A stretch of 64,000 bases of DNA. Origin: Syntrophaceae bacterium UBA6078. Its GTDB lineage: Bacteria; Desulfobacterota; Syntrophia; Syntrophales; UBA2210. Shown here in pieces: positions 19,899-28,248 of the stretch (the stretch's first letter is position 1; the number at the start of each line of letters is the position of its first letter). A program made the position numbers and the translations under genes. The notes under the pieces were generated by a model. The model was not told where the DNA came from, did no database searches, and saw nothing but the letters and a program-made list of their open reading frames with translations. The stretch lies in the NCBI GenBank assembly GCA_002428735.1, contig DIXO01000050.1:3182-67181 (forward strand), given 5' to 3'.

Positions 19899-20291
19899 AT
19901 GCTTGTCATTCACGCGGGGTTCATGATCGTGGCTTTCCTTGCAATGGCTTTCGGCATTGCTATTGCCATGTTCATGCGGGGCAGGACCTGGTGGCTTCAG
20001 GTTCATCGTCGCTGTGAAACAGTGGCACTTATCTGCGTGTTTCTCGGATTGGCGGCTGCCCTCTTCATGGTTTCCCGGCACGGGGGGCCCCATCTTTACA
20101 TACCGCACGCGTGGCTGGGTCTTGCCGCGGGCATTGCCTTGGTGAGCACCTACCTGATCGGAAGGCTGCAGATGAAGACAGGGAGGGCGAGGATGCGGCC
20201 GCTACACCGGTGGGCCGGGCGCGTGGCCGTCGCGCTGCTGCTGCTCAACCTGCTGTCGGGACTATCCCTCATCGGGATCCTTCCGATCTAA
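19899..20291 (+). CDS. Four-TM membrane protein with one His per helix (putative di-haem cytochrome b-like)
   Basis: AGGAG RBS. 130 aa with four predicted helices, each carrying one His (H5, H36, H69, H103). It lies 38 nt downstream of the secreted protein gene. Confidence 0.5.
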   Translation: MLVIHAGFMIVAFLAMAFGIAIAMFMRGRTWWLQVHRRCETVALICVFLGLAAALFMVSRHGGPHLYIPHAWLGLAAGIALVSTYLIGRLQMKTGRARMRPLHRWAGRVAVALLLLNLLSGLSLIGILPI

Positions 20292-20386
20292 CCGGGGATG
20301 AGCCTCACGCGGGATGAAACACCGCTATTCCCCCATGGGACAGACCATGACAAACAACTGGCATGACGGATATAGGAGGAAAAACC

Positions 20387-20998
20387 ATGAATGTTCTAAT
20401 CGTGTACTACTCGATGTACGGTCATGTCCATCGCCTCGCGCAGGCGGTGGCCGAGGGGGTGAAAGAGGTGGAGGGCGCCGAAGCGATCCTGCGGCGCGTC
20501 CCAGAAACGCTCCCGGAGGAGGTGCTCAAAAAAATGGGAGCCTTGGAGGTGCAGAAATCCCTGGCCTCCGTCCCGGTATGCCGGGTGGACGAACTCGCCT
20601 CGGCCGACGCGATCATCTTCGGGACACCGACACGGTTCGGGAACATGTGCGGGCAGATGCGCCAATTTCTCGATGCGACGGGCGGCCTGTGGGCGAAAAG
20701 ATCCCTCGTGGGGAAGGTGGGGAGCGTCTTTACCAGCACCGGTACTCAGCACGGGGGGCAGGAATCGACCCTTCTCAGTTTCCACATCACCCTCCTCCAT
20801 CAGGGGATGCTCGTTGCCGGGCTGCCTTACAGTTTTGAAGGCCAGTCGAGAACCGACGAGATAACCGGCTGTTCACCATACGGCGCTTCGACCATCGCGG
20901 GGAGCAGCGGGGAACGAACCCCGACGGAAAACGAACTGGCCGGCGCCCGCTTCCAGGGCCACTACGTGGCAGGCATCGCGTCAAAACTGGCGCAATAG
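20387..20998 (+). CDS. wrbA: NAD(P)H:quinone oxidoreductase, WrbA type (flavodoxin-like)
   Basis: [24 protein letters not shown]...[12 protein letters not shown]...TGTQHGGQE are WrbA hallmarks. AGGAGG precedes the ATG at 20387. Confidence 0.88.
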   Translation: MNVLIVYYSMYGHVHRLAQAVAEGVKEVEGAEAILRRVPETLPEEVLKKMGALEVQKSLASVPVCRVDELASADAIIFGTPTRFGNMCGQMRQFLDATGGLWAKRSLVGKVGSVFTSTGTQHGGQESTLLSFHITLLHQGMLVAGLPYSFEGQSRTDEITGCSPYGASTIAGSSGERTPTENELAGARFQGHYVAGIASKLAQ

Positions 20999-21055
20999 GT
21001 CTCTGCTGTAGAAGAGCGCGAAAACCCGCTGTAACCATAGAAGGGAGACCGAGTC

Positions 21056-21367
21056 ATGAAAGAAACCTTGTTCTTTTTGGGAGCAATCCTGTTTTTTCCG
21101 GCAGGCGCCTTTGCCGACGTGAGAGACGGCGGGTGCTGGTACGGATGGGGACATATGATGGGCCCCGGTTTTGGAGGAATGATTATGTGGATACTGTTTC
21201 TTATCGCTATCATCCTGATTGTCTATGTCCTCGTGCGGGTGTCAAAAACAGGCGGTTTGGGCTCCTCGCCGCATGAAACACCGCTGGACGTCATCAAGAA
21301 GCGATACGCGAAGGGCAAGATCACCAAGGATCAATTTGACGAAATGAAGAAGGATCTGGGGGAATGA
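21056..21367 (+). CDS. SHOCT-domain membrane protein
   Basis: Signal/TM segments followed by the C-terminal motif VIKKRYAKGKITKDQFDEMKKDL, a SHOCT short oligomerisation motif. Confidence 0.65.
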   Translation: MKETLFFLGAILFFPAGAFADVRDGGCWYGWGHMMGPGFGGMIMWILFLIAIILIVYVLVRVSKTGGLGSSPHETPLDVIKKRYAKGKITKDQFDEMKKDLGE

Positions 21368-21462
21368 CGGCGCATCCCGCCTTCCACGAAGGCTCGGAAC
21401 CGCGCAGAATCGACCAACCTATCCCGTGCCCCCAACCGGGCGCGGCTGAGGAGGTGTACGGC

Positions 21463-21684
21463 ATGGCTGATATACAGGTAGACGTGCGGGGAGAAACCTG
21501 CCCGGTGCCCCTGGTGGAGACCCGAAAGGCGCTCCGGAAGGCCTCGCCTGGGGATACCGTGGAGATCATCGGGACGCACCCCGCTTCCAAAAAAGAGATA
21601 CCCATGGCCCTGAAGGCGCTGGGACTGAAACTGGTGGATATACAGGAAGAGGGGGACGTGTGGACAATCAGGATCGGGATCTGA
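21463..21684 (+). CDS. TusA-family sulfurtransferase
   Basis: VDVRGETCPVPLVETRKAL carries the CPxP active-site motif. About 73 aa from the ATG at 21463, preceded by GAGGAGG; the longer tracked ORF adds a non-conserved leader. Confidence 0.8.
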   Translation: MADIQVDVRGETCPVPLVETRKALRKASPGDTVEIIGTHPASKKEIPMALKALGLKLVDIQEEGDVWTIRIGI

Positions 21685-21702
21685 CGGAAAGGTGGTGCAA
21701 GG

Positions 21703-22122
21703 ATGACCGATAAAGCGACCATCGTCGTTCACAGCGGCGATATGGACAAGCTGTACAGCGCCCTTATCATATCCACCGGCGCGCTTTCGATGGGGATGGA
21801 GGCCTCGCTTTACTTCACCTTCTGGGGTCTTGAACGCCTCGTCAAGGGGAAACTGGAAAAGGGGCCCCTCTCGAAGATGCACCTTCTTGGCCTCGGGAAG
21901 TGGATGGTGAGGCGGCGCATGAAGGCGGCGAATGTCGCCTCACTGGAACGGCTCCTCCAGGATTTCAAGGAACTGGGGGGGAAGATCATCGCCTGTGAGA
22001 TGACGATGGAGATCATGGGGATCCGGCGGGAGGACCTCCGGGAGGACCTGATTGACGAGTACGGGGCCGTGGGGGCCTACATTCAGGAGGCCCGGGAATC
22101 GAATATAACGTTATTCATATGA
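21703..22122 (+). CDS. DsrE/DsrF-like family protein (COG2210-type)
   Basis: TIVVHSGDMDKLYSALIISTGALSMGMEASLYFTFWGL and ..IIACEMTMEIMG are typical of DsrE-like sulfur-relay/peroxiredoxin-like proteins. Confidence 0.75.
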   Translation: MTDKATIVVHSGDMDKLYSALIISTGALSMGMEASLYFTFWGLERLVKGKLEKGPLSKMHLLGLGKWMVRRRMKAANVASLERLLQDFKELGGKIIACEMTMEIMGIRREDLREDLIDEYGAVGAYIQEARESNITLFI

Positions 22123-22134
22123 GGAGAGGCTGCC

Positions 22135-23301
22135 ATGATTGAGCAGACCGTGTATCTGGACAATGCCGCGGCTACCCGGATGGACGAGCGCGTGCTGGAG
22201 GCGATGACACCCTACTTCTTTGAGACCTACCCGGTCGCCACGTCGGAGTTCGGGTATTCTCTCGGGATCGAGGCACGGGAGGCTTTGGAAGCCGCCAGGG
22301 AGAAGGTTGCGCAACGGCTGGGAGCCGGCGGCGGGGAGCTCATTTTCACCTCGGGGAGCACCGAATCAAGCAACCTGGCCCTCAAGGGGGTGGCCATGGC
22401 CCTCGGAGAAAAGAAGGGGAGGCACATCATCGTCTCCTCCATCGAGGATTTCCCCGTCCTCCACAGTGCCAGGGCGCTCGAGAAGCAGGGCTTCTCCGTC
22501 ACTTATCTGCCTGTGGATTCCGAAGGACTCATCGATCCCGACAGCCTCCGGGACGCGATCACCGACAAGACTATCCTCGTTTCGATCCAGCACGCAAACC
22601 AGGAGATCGGGACCGTCCAGGACATCGAGGCGATCGGCCTCATCTGTGGCAAGAAAGGCGTCCTGTTTCATACCGATGCCACACACACCTTCACGCGGGT
22701 GCCTCTGGACGTCACAAAGGTGAAGGTGGACCTGATCACCATCTCCCCCCACACGATCCACGGCCCGAAGGGGGTCGGTGGACTCTACGTCCGCACGGGT
22801 ACCCCGATCGCCAAGTGGATGGACGGCGGATTTCAAGAGTTCAACCTCCGGGCCGGTCTGGAGAATATCCCGGGGGCCGTCGGTTTCGCCCGAGCGGTCG
22901 ATCTGGTCACCCCCGATGAGAACGAACGGATCGGAGCGATGCGGGACCGCCTCATCGCGCGGGTGTCCGCCGAGGTTTCGGACACGACCCTGAACGGGCA
23001 CCCTACGAAACGTGTCCCGCAGAACGCGAATATCACCTTCCACTACGTGGAGGGGGAGTCGATCACCCTGCATCTCGACATGCGCGGCTTCTCCGTCAGC
23101 ACGGGCTCGGCCTGTTTCAGCCGTTCGCTGGAGGCGAGCCACGTGATCCTGGGAATCGGGGGCGACCACGAACGGGCGCACGGATCGATCCGCTTTACCT
23201 TCGGCCGTTACAATACTATGGAGGATGTGAATGGCGTGGTGGACACGATCGCGGAGGTGGTAGGTGAACTGAGGAAAATCAGCCCGCTGACAAAAAAATA
23301 A
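22135..23301 (+). CDS. nifS: NifS/IscS-family aminotransferase class V protein lacking the PLP-binding lysine
   Basis: Collinear with cysteine desulfurases (GSTESSNLA, HTDATH, catalytic loop STGSACFS). The conserved S-G-H-K-IYGPKG is S-P-H-T-IHGPKG here, with Thr codon ACG at 22753-22755. Confidence 0.88.
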   Translation: MIEQTVYLDNAAATRMDERVLEAMTPYFFETYPVATSEFGYSLGIEAREALEAAREKVAQRLGAGGGELIFTSGSTESSNLALKGVAMALGEKKGRHIIVSSIEDFPVLHSARALEKQGFSVTYLPVDSEGLIDPDSLRDAITDKTILVSIQHANQEIGTVQDIEAIGLICGKKGVLFHTDATHTFTRVPLDVTKVKVDLITISPHTIHGPKGVGGLYVRTGTPIAKWMDGGFQEFNLRAGLENIPGAVGFARAVDLVTPDENERIGAMRDRLIARVSAEVSDTTLNGHPTKRVPQNANITFHYVEGESITLHLDMRGFSVSTGSACFSRSLEASHVILGIGGDHERAHGSIRFTFGRYNTMEDVNGVVDTIAEVVGELRKISPLTKK

Positions 23302-23313
23302 GGAGGTTCGGAC

Positions 23314-23949
23314 ATGTCATTCCCATATAGTGAAAAGGTGCTGGAACACTTTCGTCATCCCCGCAACGTAGGAAAGATCGATAATCCTGACGGGAAGGCC
23401 ATGGAAGGGAGTCCCGCCTGCGGAGACATGGTGGGGGTTCATATAAAGGTCGATCCCAAAGCAAAGCGCATAACCGACATCAAGTTCGAATCCTACGGCT
23501 GCGCCTCGAACATAGCCACGGGCTCCATCATCACCGAACTCGCCAAGGGGAAAACCCTCGAGGAAGCGAAAAAGATCAGCTGGAAAGAGGCATCAGAAGC
23601 CTTGGGCGGGTTACCGCCGATCAAGGCCCACTGCTCGGTCCTCGCCGTGGAGGGACTGCGCTCGGCGATAAGGAACTACGAGGAGCGTCACGGCCTGGTC
23701 ACGGACCGGAAACCCACCACCGTGGAGGTTGTCAGGGGGCGTCTCAAAAAGGTGATGAACCCCCTCTCCGGACTGGATTTGGTCCGGACCGAGCTGGTAA
23801 AGGATATCACTGTAGACAAGGGAAACGTTCATATCACGGTGGACCTGCCCGCCGACCATCAGTTCGCCTCCAACATCAAGGATGAGATTATGGAGAAGAT
23901 AGGGCCCCTCTGGGACGTGGAAAAAGTGGAGGTCGTATTTACAGAATAA
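23314..23949 (+). CDS. nifU: IscU/NifU-type Fe-S scaffold fused to a C-terminal DUF59 (MIP18-like) domain
   Basis: The N-terminal IscU has all three Cys (SPACGDMV, YGCASNIATGS, AHCSVLA). The C-terminal ~90 aa (VMNPLSGLDLVRTELVKDITVDKGNVHITVDL...) looks like a DUF59/FeS-assembly SUF-type domain. Confidence 0.85.
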   Translation: MSFPYSEKVLEHFRHPRNVGKIDNPDGKAMEGSPACGDMVGVHIKVDPKAKRITDIKFESYGCASNIATGSIITELAKGKTLEEAKKISWKEASEALGGLPPIKAHCSVLAVEGLRSAIRNYEERHGLVTDRKPTTVEVVRGRLKKVMNPLSGLDLVRTELVKDITVDKGNVHITVDLPADHQFASNIKDEIMEKIGPLWDVEKVEVVFTE

Positions 23950-24281
23950 ATACACGCACAGGCCGCGATGCATGAAACTCCCCTGCCAGTCCCGTGACAG
24001 AGGGACTGCTTGACCGTTGCGCCCATTCAGACGCGGTGCCCCGCAGAGGGTCCTTCCGTGATACGGGAACGCCCCTGTACATTTTTCTGACGCTTTCTTA
24101 TCTATCGTGAAACCCGTTCATTCATTGTTTGACAATTCTGCAACGCAGCATACCGTCCGCACTCCATCTCACCGCTTCAACCAACCGCAATCACTCCGCA
24201 ATAAAAGTGCCCAACCATACGCACAAACCATTCAAGTTTTGGAGGACCAGTGCCGAAGATACAGGAGGAAGGACACGGATT

Positions 24282-26975
24282 ATGAACCCCAATACGGATG
24301 TGAACCGTTTGAAAACCGGCACTGATCTGCCCAGTCATATGCGGTATCCCGGTCATGCAGGGAAATCCATACAGAAGATAGCGGTCCTTTTTACCGATAT
24401 CATCGGGTCGACACGGTTTTTCCAATCCCACGGCAATCTGGCGGGGCGTCAGATGCTCCAGCAGCACGAAAATATCGCCTCCATGGCCATTACCAAATTC
24501 GGCGGTACGGTCGTCAAGAATCTGGGTGACTCGATTCTGGCCTATTTTGTTGATCCTCGGGAGGCAACAAAAGCCGCCATAGAGGTACAGAAGGAGTTCA
24601 GTCGATATAACCGGCGAAACGGAGGAGGACACAAAATTCATGTGAGAATCGGTGTCCACTTTGACGAGGGGATCGTTGAAGATAAGGATATATTCGGCAA
24701 CGCAGTCAATATAGCATCGAAGATTACAGGGCTCGCGGGCAGTAACCAGATTTTCATCTCCCGCAATGTCTTTGCCCAGGCCAACACCATCCCTTCCGTT
24801 CAGTTTGAAGCGGTTGATATGCCGGGACAGAATAATGTCCCGGAGGGTCCGTCGGTATATCGAGTCGTCTGGGAGGAAAGCATGGACATTGCCCCGACCA
24901 TGGCGCCCGTTCTGTACATGAGGCCGTTGTTGGAGCTGCAGACAGGGGCATTCGCACCTCTCTGGAACACACTCATTGAAACCCGGGCTCTCTTCTGGAG
25001 CGACAGGATTGACGGCGAAGCAATCACTGAAGATCGATCCATCATACTCACCGCAAAGAGGCTTTCTGTGGTGATGGACGTGGCCACTGATGTGTACACG
25101 TTTCTCAGGGAAAATATAAAAGCATATGACGTCGTGCCGCTTCAGATCATCATTGACGCAGGTCCCGGTCAGGGAATCGACAGGCTGGCGCGCGAAGGGT
25201 TCAGACCCGAATGGAACGAATTCCATCCGGGAGCCATCTTCATATCCCCTTCAGCATATGAATTGATACAGGAAGAGGGGCTTTCGATTGCGAACGCGAT
25301 TCCTCCCGACGCTGATCAGCGTCTGCCATTCTTTACCATAGCCCCCCATGACTATCAGCAGAAAGAAGGCGAAATCCTCTTCCCGTACCAGGAAGCACTG
25401 TCTCACGGGGACAATCCACCCTGTTTTTACTGCGGCAGCAAGAAGCATCCGGTCCATCTCTGTCCCTCCAAACATCTGACCAGTATTACCGATACATTCA
25501 ATCAACTGGGGTATCTCTCCTTCGAGCAGATCGGCACCATGTTCCACGCCTACCTGAGAAGCCCGGAAGAGATAATCAGGGAAACGGTTCTGGTTCAAGC
25601 GGAATCGGGCGACCAGGAGCCATCGGCAGGGATTGGATTCTATGAGCTTAAACAGATCTTTCAGCTCCGTTTCTTTAAGACTGTCTGGGACAGTCGTAGC
25701 AATGACTGGGACAAGGTTGTCGAAGCCAAGGATAGAAGGGACGGGACCGGAGAGCTTCTCTGGCTGGCGGAGGATTGCATCCGCGTCTCCAACCTCTCCC
25801 GGGCGGAATCGCTTCTGCAGACCTGCCTGGAAAAATATCCCTATGATTACCGAACATACTGCGCGCTTGGTTTCCTGAATATAGAAAAAAACAGGATCTC
25901 ACGAAGCGAGCAATACTTGGATACGGCCCTGCGACACGCGCAGACAGTTCCTCAAAAAATCTTTATCCTGTTTCTCCTCTTCCGTCTCCACAATCTTGCC
26001 GGGAACTCCGACAGCGCCCTGCAGAAGATACGGGAAATAAAAAGTATCCATCCCTACCTTCCGGAAGTTACCTATCAGGAGATCATGTTGAACTTCAGGC
26101 AGGGGAAATTGGATATGGCACTGACCCGCCTCTTGAGCCTCATCCGGATGAACCATGAATATTACATCAAGGCCCTGATCGATCCGGATCTGGCCCCATT
26201 TAACAGTATAATACATCCGGAACTCAAGAAGCTTCTCACGGAAACCCGCCAAAAGGCACAGCAAAGCGCGTACGATGCCGAGAGAGAATTTGCCTCTCTC
26301 GAGCAGTTCCTGGTGGAAGGTGATGGTGAGACGGAAAAAGCAGGGGCCCTCCTGGCAAAAATGCGGAACTTCGCCCCTGCTGACAGCTATTTCAGGTATA
26401 TGGATATATGCGACCTCGGTGATTCAGTAATCAGCGCCTGCCGCAGGGCAAAAGCGCGCCGGAAGGCGGAGTTCATTGATACCGTTCAGATAATACACAA
26501 GCGTCTTGGCGCCGTTTTACGCATTTCTATAGATCCTCGCTCCCGGCTCTTCCCGACCGCTGCCTATGAGCGGTTAAAAACAATTCAATCAACTTTCAAA
26601 GAGATTGTGGAAGCGGTAACGTACAATGATTTCAGGCTATTTGGTCATATGTTCAAGCAATGCGCAGAAATCATCACCGGGCTTGGAGAGATAGAGACGG
26701 AGCTGAAAAGGATAAAGCGTATTCTCGACATCAAGGCGTTTTTCCTCTTATTTTGTAAGGATTCAGCCTTCATTCTTTCCGTAATCTTATTCGCGGGTCT
26801 CATCATACTTCCCTCCGTCGCCTACTATCTGAGCACCTTTTCCCCGGAATTCAATATCTTCACGGGAGGAAACATCAGATCCTATCATAAGCATACGCTT
26901 ATCTTCGGGGTTCTTGGGGGATTGGCCTTTTCCTTTGCAAAATCCTTCAAAACCTTTTTCGGCGACAAAACCTGA
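24282..26975 (+). CDS. Class III adenylate/guanylate cyclase domain protein with CCHC zinc knuckle, TPR repeats and C-terminal TM helices
   Basis: The cyclase domain has metal Asp residues (VLFTDIIGST, NLGDSILAYF) and GNAVNIASK. A CX2CX4HX4C motif (CFYCGSKKHPVHLC) is encoded at 25422-25463. TPR-like repeats follow, then two hydrophobic helices at the C-terminus. I chose the ATG at 24282 because AGGAGGAAGG lies upstream. Confidence 0.8.
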   Translation: MNPNTDVNRLKTGTDLPSHMRYPGHAGKSIQKIAVLFTDIIGSTRFFQSHGNLAGRQMLQQHENIASMAITKFGGTVVKNLGDSILAYFVDPREATKAAIEVQKEFSRYNRRNGGGHKIHVRIGVHFDEGIVEDKDIFGNAVNIASKITGLAGSNQIFISRNVFAQANTIPSVQFEAVDMPGQNNVPEGPSVYRVVWEESMDIAPTMAPVLYMRPLLELQTGAFAPLWNTLIETRALFWSDRIDGEAITEDRSIILTAKRLSVVMDVATDVYTFLRENIKAYDVVPLQIIIDAGPGQGIDRLAREGFRPEWNEFHPGAIFISPSAYELIQEEGLSIANAIPPDADQRLPFFTIAPHDYQQKEGEILFPYQEALSHGDNPPCFYCGSKKHPVHLCPSKHLTSITDTFNQLGYLSFEQIGTMFHAYLRSPEEIIRETVLVQAESGDQEPSAGIGFYELKQIFQLRFFKTVWDSRSNDWDKVVEAKDRRDGTGELLWLAEDCIRVSNLSRAESLLQTCLEKYPYDYRTYCALGFLNIEKNRISRSEQYLDTALRHAQTVPQKIFILFLLFRLHNLAGNSDSALQKIREIKSIHPYLPEVTYQEIMLNFRQGKLDMALTRLLSLIRMNHEYYIKALIDPDLAPFNSIIHPELKKLLTETRQKAQQSAYDAEREFASLEQFLVEGDGETEKAGALLAKMRNFAPADSYFRYMDICDLGDSVISACRRAKARRKAEFIDTVQIIHKRLGAVLRISIDPRSRLFPTAAYERLKTIQSTFKEIVEAVTYNDFRLFGHMFKQCAEIITGLGEIETELKRIKRILDIKAFFLLFCKDSAFILSVILFAGLIILPSVAYYLSTFSPEFNIFTGGNIRSYHKHTLIFGVLGGLAFSFAKSFKTFFGDKT

Positions 26976-27018
26976 TGACATTTCGTAATATCCATATCAA
27001 AGCCTTGGCGTTTCCCTC

Positions 27019-27048
27019 TTGAGGCATTAGATTCCAAGCCTCATATTT
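27019..27048 (+). terminator. Candidate intrinsic terminator after the cyclase gene
   Basis: TGAGGC / GCCTCA form a 6-bp stem with a 12-nt loop, followed by TATTTT. It starts 44 nt after the stop codon. Confidence 0.4.
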
Positions 27049-27173
27049 TCAACATTCTGATTTTATGGAATTAAACTCCTTGCTGTCAGGAATGCGGTCA
27101 TTTTTTAGTTGCGTGCAGTAACTAAAATATGGCAAAGATACCAAAATAATTTTTGAAAGAACGGAGAACGCCA

Positions 27174-27974
27174 ATGGATTTAACGATGCTTCATGATTAT
27201 GCGGATGAACTGATGAAAAGATTGCGTCTCAGGACATATCCTCTTGCAGTAAAACTGATTGAAAATGAAGAACAGATCCCGGTTGGAGCAATGAGGCCGA
27301 TGCGCGACGAAGGCTTTCACTATGACCTCTGCCAAGCATTCGCACTGTGCCGGCGGGAGGCAACAACGATTGCGTTACTGATAAACGATATGTGGTGTTT
27401 CGAGCCCGTCATCGGTTACGGCATGGTCGAGCCGCCTCAGGACTTCCTTGACGGTAAGAACCGCTATCCGAAGGATGTTGCCAGTCTGAAGGCGGGAAGC
27501 AACTATGCCGCTGATATGCCCAGAATGGACGTCGGCACATATATCGGGGTGGTCACCGCACCACTACACCTAACTACTGTTGTTCCGGATGTGATCGCTA
27601 TTTACGCCGACACGGAACAGCTCAGTTTGCTGCTGCTTGCCAGGGAACATAAAGATGGGCACGATCTCAGCCTGCATCTTTCATCGCACGCCGCCTGCGT
27701 CTATGGTATCGTACCCTCGATGAAAAGCGGTGAATGTGCTGTTGCCATTCCCTGTCGCGGAGACCACTACAACGCCATGGCCGGCAATGACGAGATGATT
27801 TTCAGCATGCCACTTGCCAAGCTGGACGAAATAATGACAGGGCTTCGTTTCCTGGAAACAACCGGTTCCCGGATACCAAGAACCTACAAGATGCAGCGAG
27901 AACCCCTCCATCCCGATAGCTATCACGATATAGCCGCGCAGATTGGAATGGCATCAGAGCGCACCAAAAATTAA
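27174..27974 (+). CDS. DUF169 domain-containing protein
   Basis: MDLTMLHDYADELMKRLRLRTYPLAVKLIENEE... resembles the DUF169 N-terminus (..yPvavKl..). GGAG lies 7 nt upstream of the ATG at 27174. About 266 aa. Confidence 0.65.
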   Translation: MDLTMLHDYADELMKRLRLRTYPLAVKLIENEEQIPVGAMRPMRDEGFHYDLCQAFALCRREATTIALLINDMWCFEPVIGYGMVEPPQDFLDGKNRYPKDVASLKAGSNYAADMPRMDVGTYIGVVTAPLHLTTVVPDVIAIYADTEQLSLLLLAREHKDGHDLSLHLSSHAACVYGIVPSMKSGECAVAIPCRGDHYNAMAGNDEMIFSMPLAKLDEIMTGLRFLETTGSRIPRTYKMQREPLHPDSYHDIAAQIGMASERTKN

Positions 27975-28248
27975 GCAAGGACATTAACTGATAAGGCTGT
28001 CAATCAATAACTTAAATAGTTTATGGCTAGACGCTTTAAAAGAGGCTGGCGAGCAAGAGCAAGCCGTGTGGCATCAGGGCAGGAGATCAGGTATGGTCTG
28101 AAACGTGTTCATTAAGGTAATTTGGTTGTTATGCTGGAAGGATGACCGCATCCGGTCTCAGTAAAAAAAGTGAGCAGTTCGTTACGCGCTTCTCATAATC
28201 TCGTGATAGTTGTGCTGACGCTTGTCAGAGAACAACGATCTGCCCTAA

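Noticed and set aside
24282-26975. Nucleotidyl cyclase as a CBASS/Pycsar-type defence cyclase
   Set aside because: It is a class III CHD cyclase, not a CD-NTase, and is much larger than Pycsar cyclases. It has no adjacent effector gene and sits among housekeeping Fe-S genes.
28023-28115. 30-codon Arg-rich ORF (MARRFKRGWRARASRVASGQEIRYGLKRVH) in the AT-rich spacer after the DUF169 gene
   Set aside because: It has no RBS, cannot be tested for conservation here, and is too short to support. It could be chance in an intergenic region.
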